This document shows, piece by piece, positions 12,369 through 24,100 of a stretch of DNA of 64,000 nucleotides. A program made the position numbers and the translations under genes. Each line of letters begins with the position of its first letter. Position 1 is the stretch's first letter. The DNA comes from Octopus sinensis (taxonomy: Eukaryota), in the NCBI RefSeq assembly GCF_006345805.1, contig NW_021833016.1, positions 1 to 64,000 of the forward strand, read 5' to 3'. The notes beneath the pieces were generated by a model that saw only the letters and a list, made by a program, of their open reading frames with translations, had not been told where the DNA came from and did no database searches.

Positions 12369-12921
12369 GAGTGAGAGAGCAAAGTGACACTGGGGTAAAA
12401 TATACGAAGCCCAATATACCCATCATGACTACCCGTCTGATAAAGGTACACCAGGCACATGCATCACAACCATATGTGCGCGACATGGTGATCTCATATC
12501 AAGATAAACAGCACATGACCTTGCAGGTGGGGCCCAGTTAGAATTTTCTTCAGGTTGAGTAGCCCATCCCGCTCAAACGGTCCCTGAATAAGGTTGTTTA
12601 AGGATGTTGAAAGAACCACCCATGTTTCCAGAGGTGAACTATTCAAACCCCAAAGAATCCCTCTCAACACATGGCTATGATGCTCCCCCACTACTTCTGC
12701 TCGTGATCAGAGATGCACATATCGTCAGCCACTAAGGGACATGCTCAACTGGTTAAGGTCAAACAACTGACAAGCAAATCTGTGATATTGAGCAGAATAT
12801 TTGCTGTAGCCCATCTTTTATACCAAGACAAAACAATGTACATGATAACACTTCCAATCAGTTAAGATCAGAAGCCATGAGAGCCACTGCAGCCATGAGA
12901 GCCACTGCAGCCATGAGAGCC
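12369..12921 (-). repeat. Repeat 'B', copy 2
   Basis: Flanked by (ATT)n; ends in ~2.7 copies of the 18-mer AGCCATGAGAGCCACTGC. Confidence 0.65.
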
Positions 12922-13010
12922 ATTATTATTATTATTATTACTATTATTATTATTACTATTATTATTATTACTATTACTATTACTATTACTATTAATATTA
13001 CTCTTACTAT

Positions 13011-13042
<32 letters not shown>

Positions 13043-13066
13043 TCATCATCATCATCATCATCTTCA

Positions 13067-13101
<35 letters not shown>

Positions 13102-13172
13102 TATTATTATTATCATTATCATCATCATCATCATCATCATTATCATCATCATCATCATTATTATCATCATTA

Positions 13173-13206
<34 letters not shown>

Positions 13207-13363
13207 AATCATTATCATTATCATTACTATTATCATTATTATTATTATTATTATTATCATTATTATTATTATCATTATTATTATTATTATTATTATCATT
13301 ATTATCATTATTATTATTATCATCATTATCATCATCATCATCATCATTGTCATCATCATCATC

Positions 13364-13410
<47 letters not shown>

Positions 13411-13486
13411 TATTATCATTATCATTATCATTACTATTATCATTATTATTATTATTATTATCATTATTACTATTATTATTATTATT

Positions 13487-14430
13487 CAGTAATTTTATTT
13501 TTATAGCGTGCTTTCACTTCACTACCGAGCGCAGCTCTGTGTGCCTTGGGTATGTGCTGTGATTTGTTGTGATGCTCTGATGGTTATTGTATGGAAAGTG
13601 TTCTGCGTAGGATGTGTGCAGTGCCTAGTAGTGCAATTTTCTGTATGTTATATGTGTTTGTAAGTCCTGGTGTTTTTGTTATGTATTTGTCTGAATATTT
13701 TTTTATCATGCCTAATGCACCTACTATGATAGGAATTGTTTCTGTTTTCAGATTCCACATTCTAGTTACCTCTATTTCCAGGTCTTTGTATTTTGAGAGT
13801 TTCTCCATTTCTTTTAGAGACACGTTGTCATCAGCCGGTATTGATACATCAATTAGAAAGCATTTTTTTTCTTCATGGTCTCTGACAACTATATCTGGTC
13901 TGTTGGCCTTAATTTCTCTATCTGTGTGTATCGGCATATCCCAGAGTATGGTTGCTTTCTCGTTTTCTGTGACCTTTTCTGGTGTGTGCCTATACCATCT
14001 TTTTTCTGTTGTTATTCCATAATGTTGGCATAGCTTCCAATGTATGTAGGTTCCAACTCTGTCATGTCTGTGAATATATTCCTTCTTAGCCAGGACTGGG
14101 CAGCTAGAGATAATATGATTTATTGTTTCTTGTCCATCTCCACATATTCTGCAGTTACTTGTAATATTTCTTTTCATTACATGTTTTTGGTAATTTCTGG
14201 TGGGGAGGCTTTGGTCTTGTGCTGCGATTAAAAATCCCTCTGTTTCTGCTTTGAGTCCTGAGCTTCTCAATCATTGCTGGGATTTTTCTTTGTCTATTTC
14301 TTTTGCGTTTAGTTTAGTCCAGTATTTACCATGAAGGGGCTTTTCTTGCCATCGTTTTATCATGGTTCGTTGCTGTTCTATTTTTAGCTTGGATTTCATT
14401 TGTTTTATAGCTTTTGTTGTTTCTTCTTCT
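13487..14430 (-). mobile_element. R4/Dong-type LINE 3' end (CCHC knuckle + restriction-like endonuclease)
   Basis: ORF 13584-14270: CRICGDGQETINHIISSC, RHDRV, RPDIVV, IDVSIP, KLSKYKDL; 3' end abuts (TAA)n. Confidence 0.9.
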
Positions 14431-14515
14431 TCTTCTTCTTCTTCTTATTATTATTATTTATTATTATTATTGTTGTTATTATTACTATTATTATTATTAC
14501 TATTACTATTACTAT

Positions 14516-14565
<50 letters not shown>

Positions 14566-14585
14566 TCATCATCATCATCATCATC

Positions 14586-14639
<54 letters not shown>

Positions 14640-14687
14640 ATTATTATTATTATTATTAATATTAATATTATTATTATTATTATTATT

Positions 14688-15239
14688 GAGTGAGAGAGCA
14701 AAGTGACACTGGGGTAAAATATACGAAGCCCAATATACCCATCATGACTACCCGTCTGATAAAGGTACACCAGGCACATGCATCACAACCATATGTGCGC
14801 GACATGGTGATCTCATATCAAGATAAACAGCACATGACCTTGCAGGTGGGGCCCAGTTAGAATTTTCTTCAGGTTGAGTAGCCCATCCCGCTCAAACGGT
14901 CCCTGAATAAGGTTGTTTAAGGATGTTGAAAGAACCACCCATGTTTCCAGAGGTGAACTATTCAAACCCCAAAGAATCCCTCTCAACACATGGCTATGAT
15001 GCTCCCCCACTACTTCTGCTCGTGATCAGAGATGCACATATCGTCAGCCACTAAGGGACATGCTCAACTGGTTAAGGTCAACAACTGACAAGCAAATCTG
15101 TGATATTGAGCAGAATATTTGCTGTAGCCCATCTTTTATACCAAGACAAAACAATGTACATGATAACACTTCCAATCAGTTAAGATCAGAAGCCATGAGA
15201 GCCACTGCAGCCATGAGAGCCACTGCAGCCATGAGAGCC
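14688..15239 (-). repeat. Repeat 'B', copy 3 (within tandem duplication)
   Basis: Essentially identical to copy 2 (one 1-bp indel seen). Confidence 0.65.
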
Positions 15240-15331
15240 ATTATTATTATTATTATTATTACTATTATTATTATTACTATTATTATTATTACTATTACTA
15301 TTACTATTACTATTAATATTACTCTTACTAT

Positions 15332-15369
<38 letters not shown>

Positions 15370-15393
15370 TCATCATCATCATCATCATCTTCA

Positions 15394-15451
<58 letters not shown>

Positions 15452-15690
15452 CATCATCATCATCATCATTATCATCATCATCATCATTATTATCATCATT
15501 ATTATTATTATTTATTATCATTATCATTATCATAATCATTATCATTATCATTACTATTATCATTATTATTATTATTATTATTATCATTATTATTATTATC
15601 ATTATTATTATTATTATTATTATCATTATTATCATTATTATTATTATCATCATTATCATCATCATCATCATCATTGTCATCATCATCATC

Positions 15691-15737
<47 letters not shown>

Positions 15738-15813
15738 TATTATCATTATCATTATCATTACTATTATCATTATTATTATTATTATTATCATTATTACTAT
15801 TATTATTATTATT

Positions 15814-17706
15814 CAGTAATTTTATTTTTATAGCGTGCTTTCACTTCACTACCGAGCGCAGCTCTGTGTGCCTTGGGTATGTGCTGTGATTTGTTGTGAT
15901 GCTCTGATGGTTATTGTATGGAAAGTGTTCTGCGTAGGATGTGTGCAGTGCCTAGTAGTGCAATTTTCTGTATGTTATATGTGTTTGTAAGTCCTGGTGT
16001 TTTTGTTATGTATTTGTCTGAATATTTTTTTATCATGCCTAATGCACCTACTATGATAGGAATTGTTTCTGTTTTCAGATTCCACATTCTAGTTACCTCT
16101 ATTTCCAGGTCTTTGTATTTTGAGAGTTTCTCCATTTCTTTTAGAGACACGTTGTCATCAGCCGGTATTGATACATCAATTAGAAAGCATTTTTTTTCTT
16201 CATGGTCTCTGACAACTATATCTGGTCTGTTGGCCTTAATTTCTCTATCTGTGTGTATCGGCATATCCCAGAGTATGGTTGCTTTCTCGTTTTCTGTGAC
16301 CTTTTCTGGTGTGTGCCTATACCATCTTTTTTCTGTTGTTATTCCATAATGTTGGCATAGCTTCCAATGTATGTAGGTTCCAACTCTGTCATGTCTGTGA
16401 ATATATTCCTTCTTAGCCAGGACTGGGCAGCTAGAGATAATATGATTTATTGTTTCTTGTCCATCTCCACATATTCTGCAGTTACTTGTAATATTTCTTT
16501 TCATTACATGTTTTTGGTAATTTCTGGTGGGGAGGCTTTGGTCTTGTGCTGCGATTAAAAATCCCTCTGTTTCTGCTTTGAGTCCTGAGCTTCTCAATCA
16601 TTGCTGGGATTTTTCTTTGTCTATTTCTTTTGCGTTTAGTTTAGTCCAGTATTTACCATGAAGGGGCTTTTCTTGCCATCGTTTTATCATGGTTCGTTGC
16701 TGTTCTATTTTTAGCTTGGATTTCATTTGTTTTATAGCTTTTGTTGTTTCTTCTTCTTCTTCTTCTTCTTCTTCTTCTTCATGTTTATTAGGTGGTATGA
16801 TTTCTTGTTTGTATTTGTCAGCTTCCTTAAATACTGAGAACAGTTTTTTGTTTTGCTCGTGTTTTGCCGCTATCTGGATCAGTTTTCCTTCCTTCTGAAG
16901 TAGATATTTTTGCAGTCCTATGGTGGTTATTTTATAGTAGTTTTCCAGCTGTATAAGACCTCTACCACCTTCTATACGTTATAAATATAGTCTTTCTATG
17001 TCAGATTTTGTCATTATTTTTCTTGTTTTAACTGGGACAGCTAAAGTGTTGATACCTATTATCTTGTTTTTAGCATTGAGCTCTGTTTTTAGTATTGATC
17101 TAACTCGTCTATAATATTCTTTTTTTATTTTCTCTTTCATTTGTGTGTGTTGTGTCTTATCTAGTTCATGGATTCCTAAGTATTTGTAAGTTTGGCTTTG
17201 ATCTAATTCTTTTATTTCATTGGTTTTATCTAGTGTGATGTTGTTACTCTTAACTACTTTTCATTTTTTCAGGGTTACTTTGGCGCATTTTTCTAATCCA
17301 AATTTCATATCTATTTCTTTGGTAAATCCATGAACTGTCTTTAATAGTGTTTCCAGCTGTTTGTCACTTGCAGCGTATAGTTTTAGGTCATCCATATATA
17401 AAAGGTGGCTGATTGTTTTGCCGTAACATTTATATCCGCATCCAGTTCTATTTAGCATATCAGATAGAGGTGACAGTGCCAAGCAGAAAAGGAGTGGAGA
17501 GAGCGTGTCTCCCTGGAATATTCCTCTTCTAATGGGGATGTCTTTGGTGTTCATGAGTCCCTCTTTTGTTTGGAGGTGTAGGTCTGTTTGCCATTTATTC
17601 ATAGAGTGCTCTATGAATTTTATGATTGTTGGTGCTACTTTGTTAATGGCTAGTGTTTCGAGGATCCATGTGTGGGGGATGCTATCAAACGCCTTTTTGT
17701 AGTCAA

Positions 17707-17707
<1 letters not shown>
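15814..17707 (-). mobile_element. R4/Dong-type LINE, 5'-truncated (RT C-terminal half + endonuclease)
   Basis: RT motifs GIFQGDTLSPLLF and LLYMDDLKLY (17261-17602); endonuclease ORF 15911-16597 identical to 13584-14270; both ends in (TAA)n. Confidence 0.9.
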
Positions 17708-17778
<71 letters not shown>

Positions 17779-17821
17779 ATTATTATTATCATTATTATCA
17801 TTATTATCATTATTATTATTA

Positions 17822-19200
17822 TTTGATGCAGTAATAGAGCAGTTAAAACAGAGGTTCATGGCAAAAAGCCAGAGGATGAGAAGATTTGTGAACAGAAATA
17901 TGCAGTTCGAGAACAGATCGTTCAAGAATAACCCGAATCAGTTCTTCCTAACTTAAGAAGGAGACAATCTAGAAAATATTGTTCCCGATGCAAATGAAGC
18001 CAAGAAATTCTGGAATGGATTATGGGGGAAAGATGTGGTGCATAAAAGTGAATCAATGTGGTTAGGAACTATCAAGACAGAATTACAAGGAGGAATGAAA
18101 CAAAGGAATATTGTCATAAGCACGGGTGATGTGAAAGAACAAGTGCCTAACTGGAGCCCCCCCGGACCAGATAGGATTCATGGCTTCTGGCAGAAGAGAA
18201 ACCACGCGATGCATGAAAGACTAGAAGCCCAATTAAATGAGTGTATCCAGATAGGTACAGTCCCCGCGTGGATGGTGACTGAGAGGACAACACTGGTAAA
18301 GAAAGATAGAAGAAAGGGGAATATTGTAGGAAAGTACTGTCCAATAGCATACCTAAACATAATCTGGAAGATACTCACTGGAATATGTGAGGCAAAGACA
18401 TACACTTTCCTGGCACAGGAAGAAATACTACCAAGGGAACAGAAATGATGTAGGAAGAGTTCTCAGGGTACCAAGTATCACCTGGTCTTCGATTAAGCAG
18501 TTTTGAAGCATTGTAAAAAACATCATACAAACATGTCTATGGCTTGGATTGACTTTAAGAAGGCACATGATATGGTGCCTTATTTTTGGACCGTTGAATG
18601 CCTGCAGATGTTCGGTGTTGCAGACAATGTCACAAATTTTCTGATGCCTAGCAGGAAAAAGTAGAAAACCAAATTGTACTCAGGTAGTGTATTCCTTGGA
18701 GAAGTTAATATTAAAATGGGAATCTTCCAAGGTGACTCATTTTCACCGTTCCTATTTTTTATAATTGCACTAATACCCATAACAATGACACTTAGGAAAC
18801 GTAAGAAGGGTTACCGATGTGATGAAGAAAGGCCAATCATTCAACCATCTTCTGTTTATGGATGACCTGAAATTATTTGGGAAAATTGAAAAACAGATAG
18901 GGTTCTTAACCAAAACAGTCCAGAAGTGTGGTTGGGACATCGGTATGAAATTTGGGATTACCAAATGCTCAGTACTTAATATGGAAAGAGGGAAGAAAGC
19001 AGCCTGCAGAGGAGTGAAGTTACCATCAGGAGAGACCATGGGTGAACCCGACGGTTGTGGGTATAGATATTTAGGGATTTTGGAGATGGATGACATTCTA
19101 CACAGAGAAATAAAAGTCAAGGTCAGCGAGGCGTATCAAAAAGGAGGAAATATTAACACTGGATAGAAGGACGAGAAAGTTGATGAGGCTGCATGGGGCG
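17822..19200 (+). mobile_element. R4/Dong-type LINE RT fragment of a different subfamily, degraded
   Basis: VPNWSPPGPDRIHGFW, IDFKKAHDMVP, FQGDSFSP, HLLFMDDLKLF, YRYLGILE; stops and frameshifts. Confidence 0.8.
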
Positions 19201-19229
19201 CTACACCCTAAAGCAAACATAAACAGACG

Positions 19230-19850
19230 CTTGAAACGAAATGTTCGGCAAGTTCCGTTGAACTACTGTTACTGTGTCTGACGTCGAATATGTGCCCATT
19301 AAAACTTTTGTTTAATTGTTCTGTTGTACAACCAACATAAATCAAGTTGTTTCTCGTGCATTCTGCCGCGTACATCAAATGAGAATCTCTACATATCTCC
19401 ACCGCCGCTCCAATCGTCCACATTATATTAATCGGTCAAATCCGAAATACCAATTTTTGAGGATAAAACGGATTTGTACTGACATAGGGGATTACTGGAA
19501 ACATGCAAATACTTTTGTACATCATTATGTCAAACGCGGTTACAGTGAATCACGATTAAAGGAAATAGCAAATGAATTATCTGAGATTAGCAAAGAGAGT
19601 CAAACCTTCACGCATAATTTTAGCAAACACAATCAATAGATGGCAGAATTCATTCAGTGATTAACTGGCACCGAAATTTCGCTGGCATTTCAAAAGAGTT
19701 GCATGAAAATTACCAGCATGTGGCGAAAAAATATCCTCGTTTAAAACAGATATTTCCTCAGCCACCTATTGTAGCCTTCAGACCGAATAAGAATATAGGA
19801 AAATTATTGATAGAGATATTATTATTTCGAATTCTCTCTAAAGGAGACTA
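19230..19850. mobile_element. Penelope-like fragment with inverted GIY-YIG piece
   Basis: Minus 19230-19375: IYVGCTTEQLNKSFNGH...ELAEHF (GIY-YIG). Plus 19380-19850: RT thumb/linker (QFLRIKRICT, PPIVAFRPNKNI). Confidence 0.65.
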
Positions 19851-20199
19851 GGGCAACTGTAATGGATATTAATAGTTATCGCCAAGCTAATATGGCAGTC
19901 CAGAAAAATAGGACGAATGAAGCCGTTGATCAGCTCCAAGAGGCCGTCGCCTCTAGCTAGCTATGTGACACAAACCTGTGTCCATTAAAACCTTCGAACA
20001 GGGGAAGTCAGCAGCTTCTCCTTGCAGCTTCATCCACAGAATAGTTTCGAGGTGTTTGCCTTTTATCAATGTGGTGTAGCCGAACCCAGCAATTCTCTTT
20101 ATTACGATAAAAACAATCAAACATAGAAGGAACAACAGAGGACACTACAAACATTTAAAAGGGTTATTTAGCGATTTTTTAATGAAAATAAATAAAAAT

Positions 20200-23100
20200 G
20201 ACTTATATAATAGGTTTTTTTTAAATTTTGATGTTCCTTCTTTTTAGCTTTTTTAAGTTCCAATTTTTTTTTAAAGTTCCAACGGCTACACCTTTTCTTT
20301 TTACCATGGATGAGTTAAGTAGGAGCACTCACTCCCAACTTCCTTACCACATCTTTCTATCTTTCTTCATATGCTCTTTTTGAAAGGTGCCTTCTCTCCA
20401 GCCCTATCTTGCTTTTCAGGTGGTACCTGTAGTAATATAGGATTCCAGAGCCGGAGATGAAGGTCCTGACGTCAAACCTTGCATTCTAGTTCTCCATGCA
20501 CACTCTTTCATAACTGCGACTGTACATAGAAAACAAGCCTCACCTTCCTTAGATAATCCGGTGGGCGGTACATTCTTAATAACAAACTCAGCTGATAGCT
20601 GTACTCTTCCTAAATGTGACAACACGTGTTCTACGTAAATTGTCATCTCCGAAAGCTGGGTGCATTGTACAAGAGCGTGCAGGATAGATTCCTTATCCTG
20701 CCCGCATCTTGGACATTCGGGTGGCACTGAAATCCCGTGCCTAGACAATTTCTCGCAAACAGGTGACGCGTTCCTGAAACACTGCCAGGTCAGGAATCTT
20801 TGGTAATTGTCCAAATACCCTACCCCGAAAGTGTTCCGAAACCGGTTGGATAGCTGGTCCTTATCGAGTCCCAGAGTCTCTCCTAGAACGTCGTCACTTT
20901 TAAACTCTACCAACCCTTTGTAAAATGCAGAGGTGGTATTTTCGCTGCCGGCCTTACCCGCCTTGAAGATTAGTGCAAGCGCCTGCCGACATTCCTTTTG
21001 CCATTCAGTCGTGTTTTGTCTTTTAATCAAACCAGGTTTAAATTCCTCCAGGGAGGCTGGTCGTGGAAAGAATTCCCCTGCGAGCGAATTCCACACCTGA
21101 CTACCATCCAGGTGAAGCCAGAGATGCCTTAGTCTCAGTGCATGTTTGCACATCAGCAGCCACGGCATCCCTAGGCCACTCTTTGACAGCACACGGAGCG
21201 CCTCACAAGCGGCTTTCCCCTCCATAAAAAGCGGAGGAGAGCTCGAACCAGCTTGTTTAGCCACAAATCGGGGCAAGGAACGACGGTCAGGCGGTAACAG
21301 ACGCAATAAACGTCTGCACCACCTCCACCCTCCTTTCAAGGACAGCGCTGTCTGGACCAGGTCCGGGTTAGCGCTTCTCTCTTGTTCGTCACCTCACTCC
21401 AAATCTTCTCCGTCTGGGAGCCTGGACCAAATCAGACTCCAAGCAACTTAACAGGACCATCCGTCCTGTGCCCCACGACACTGGACGTCATCGGCTTGCT
21501 GCTCCAGGTACCGAGCCGTTAACTTTTGCTCCTGCCACCGTCTCGTATTTTCTGATTGCCTCCGCTACACGAAGTAGCTGAGTCATCTTAGATGCGGTGA
21601 TGGTGACGTCATCCGCCTGTGCAGAGACACTCTTACCACATCCGATTTCATTAGTGGTGCTTCCCAACTTCTCCAACTTCCGCAGCAATGGCTCGAGAGT
21701 CAGTACATACCGAAGCGGAGACAGAGGGCACCTTTGACGAACTGAACGCTTGATTTCGAACGGTTCCGACAGGAAAGCGTTCAACTGAACTGTGGGTTTG
21801 ATGCCGTCGTAAATGGCCTTGATCCAACGGCGGAATACTGGGCCCAGCCCAGCCGCCCCAAGGACTACCGCCAGACACCGATGGTAAACCCTATCGAAGG
21901 CTTTACTCTGGTCTAAATGGACCAGCGCCCCACCTTTACCGGAAACTTTACCCACCCTGTCTAAGGTGTAACATAAGAGATGAAGATTCTTCTGGATCGA
22001 CCTACCAGGCATGGCAAATGTTTGCGCCTTCCCGACAAGTTTCTCCGCGACAACCGTCAACCTTTTTGCTAGCACCTTGGCCAAAATCTTTAACTCTACA
22101 TTTAGGGTCTTTTCTGACCAGTGTTACCACTCCCCGACTCACAGAACTGGGATTTCTCCCATTCTGCTGCCAGCTCGTGTACACGCAAGCCAGCATGTGT
22201 CCGAACAAGTCCGGCATACTACTGTAAAACTCGTAGGGCAGACCATCCAGCCCTGGCGACTTGTCCCAAGCACATTCGGCCAGCACCTCTTCGACCTCCG
22301 CAGCCGTGATAGACCCTTCACAGCACCTCGGCTCACTCGCCGAGAGTCGCGGTCTGTCGGCCAGGAATTCCCTTAAGGGCTCTCCATGGTCCAACGCCTC
22401 GCTCGTCCCAAACAATCGGGCGAAATGTTGATGAAAGGCCTTCTGCATCTCCTCTTGTCCTTCGATCAAGCTACCCTGTTCGTCAATTAAAGACTGTACA
22501 ACGGCTTCTCTGCCTCTCCGACTCTCCACACGACGGGCCAATCCAGCAACGTCAATGCCTTCTCTGCCCACCGCGCGTAACTTAGCCCTGACTCTACACC
22601 CTTCATGTTTGGCTTGGGGGTGCCGGAATAATACCGTTTTCGCCGCCAACACTCTGGATGCAGAGCCTGATGCTATGGCCTCCTCTAATTCCTTAGTTAA
22701 CTGCCCTTCTAATCTAGTTCCCTCTAAATTTAGCTCTTTACTAAATCTAAGTGACTCTAAACGAATGGCTCGTTTGAGGGCGCATCACCATATGTTGTTT
22801 ACGACAGCTCCGCATAATGCCCTCTGTACTAACTCCTTAACTCTGGTACGGAAGACTTTACTAGTCAAAATAGACTTGTTCTACTTCCAGTCCCCGGGTC
22901 CCTGTCTATGACACTTAGCTAACTGCACCTCACACGTCACAATTGTGTGATCCGTGTAAGAGTCACAGTGAAAATGTGGACAACTACCTATATCTCTGTC
23001 AATATCTTTTATTATAACCCTATCTAAGTAAGACCTGGGTGAACCATCGTTATTAGACCACGTCCACTGTGAAACGAGCGGTTCATCCAGTCTGTAGCGC

Positions 23101-24060
23101 TCTACTAGTTTATACCTCGCTAGTAGCCTTTTTAGGCCAGGGATTCCTTTTCTATTATTCGAGCCTACACTATCCACGTTGAGAATAGTGTTGAAGTCTC
23201 CTGTTAAAACTAAAGTTTTCGACGTCATTAGGAAATTCTCAAAGTCCTTAATAAAGACCGTTTGACTATCCTCTTTTGGAGCATAGACTGCCACCAACCT
23301 GAAGGACTGCTTACTCACATGTGCCACATCTAGAACGACCAGCCTACCTTCTGGGTCTAGAAAGACTGTACTTACCTGTACGTCCAAGCTTTTTTTGACC
23401 AGCACCACAACGTCCCTACTCCTTCCTTGACTCGGAGAAATAAACTTTTCGTAGGCATTCTGAAGAGGAGAGAACGCCTGTGGCCCGTTCAGCTTGGACT
23501 CAGTCACTACACATATATCTATCTTCCGTGACCTGAGGTCGTCTAGGAAGCTTGTATGCTTCCATTTCGAACCCAGGCCACGCACATTTATACACCCTAA
23601 CTTAATCATCGTGATAAAAATTATTGTTGTTTACCTTGTTTTTCTTTTAGATTTGAGGAGGGGCTTCACGACTTTCGTCTTCCCCTCCTCCTGTATCTTT
23701 TCCATCTGGTGTAGCCATTGGTACTAAAATAATTTTAGCAGTGTAAGGTGGGGAGTCAGAGCCAAGGGATTTTTTCCTTTTATGAGTTACTACTGCATAC
23801 TCCATTTGTTCTGTTGTTTCTTTCTCTTTTTCTGTTTCTTTTGGTTTCTCTTTTTCTTAACTTTTTTTGGTTTTACTTGTTTCTTCCGTCGATTTGATTT
23901 TTTCTTCTTTCGCATTTTTTTCCAGTTGGGGAGGGACCACTTCTTTCTTCTGCGTCAGCTTTTTTACTTTCTCGCACTCGGAGCGACGTGATCTTTCTCA
24001 CCACATTTGTAACATCTAGGCCGCCGCCGTCCCTCCACCGACACTCTCGCGCTCAACAAT
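20200..24060 (-). mobile_element. Tx1/L1-clade LINE, 5'-truncated in ORF1, disrupted
   Basis: ORF1 knuckle CYKCGEKDH (~23990). AP endonuclease 22881-23609 (CINVRG, TESKL, VAVYAP, TGDFN, SYLD, YTDH). RT (KSPGLDG, DQSKAFDRV, SPLRYVL, ADDVT). C-terminal CPRCGQDKESILHALVQC. Confidence 0.85.
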
Positions 24061-24100
24061 CCCTTATGAAAATTCTGTCTGGTCTATTATTATTATTATT

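Larger units (their letters stand above)
12104..16780. repeat. ~2.3-kb tandem duplication (units ~12130-14446 and ~14447-16780)
   Basis: Identical 228-aa ORFs offset by 2327 bp; junctions within (TTC)n runs. Confidence 0.9.

Noticed and set aside
13591-14022. Plus-strand 143-aa ORF (repeated at 15918-16349) and similar antisense ORFs
   Set aside because: Shadow ORFs opposite LINE or transposase coding sequence; no domain signal.
11123-15889. Many long ORFs of poly-I/Y/L/H/N/M in the ORF track
   Set aside because: Translations of trinucleotide microsatellites; the same applies to the (CA)n/(TA)n/(CATA)n ORFs elsewhere.
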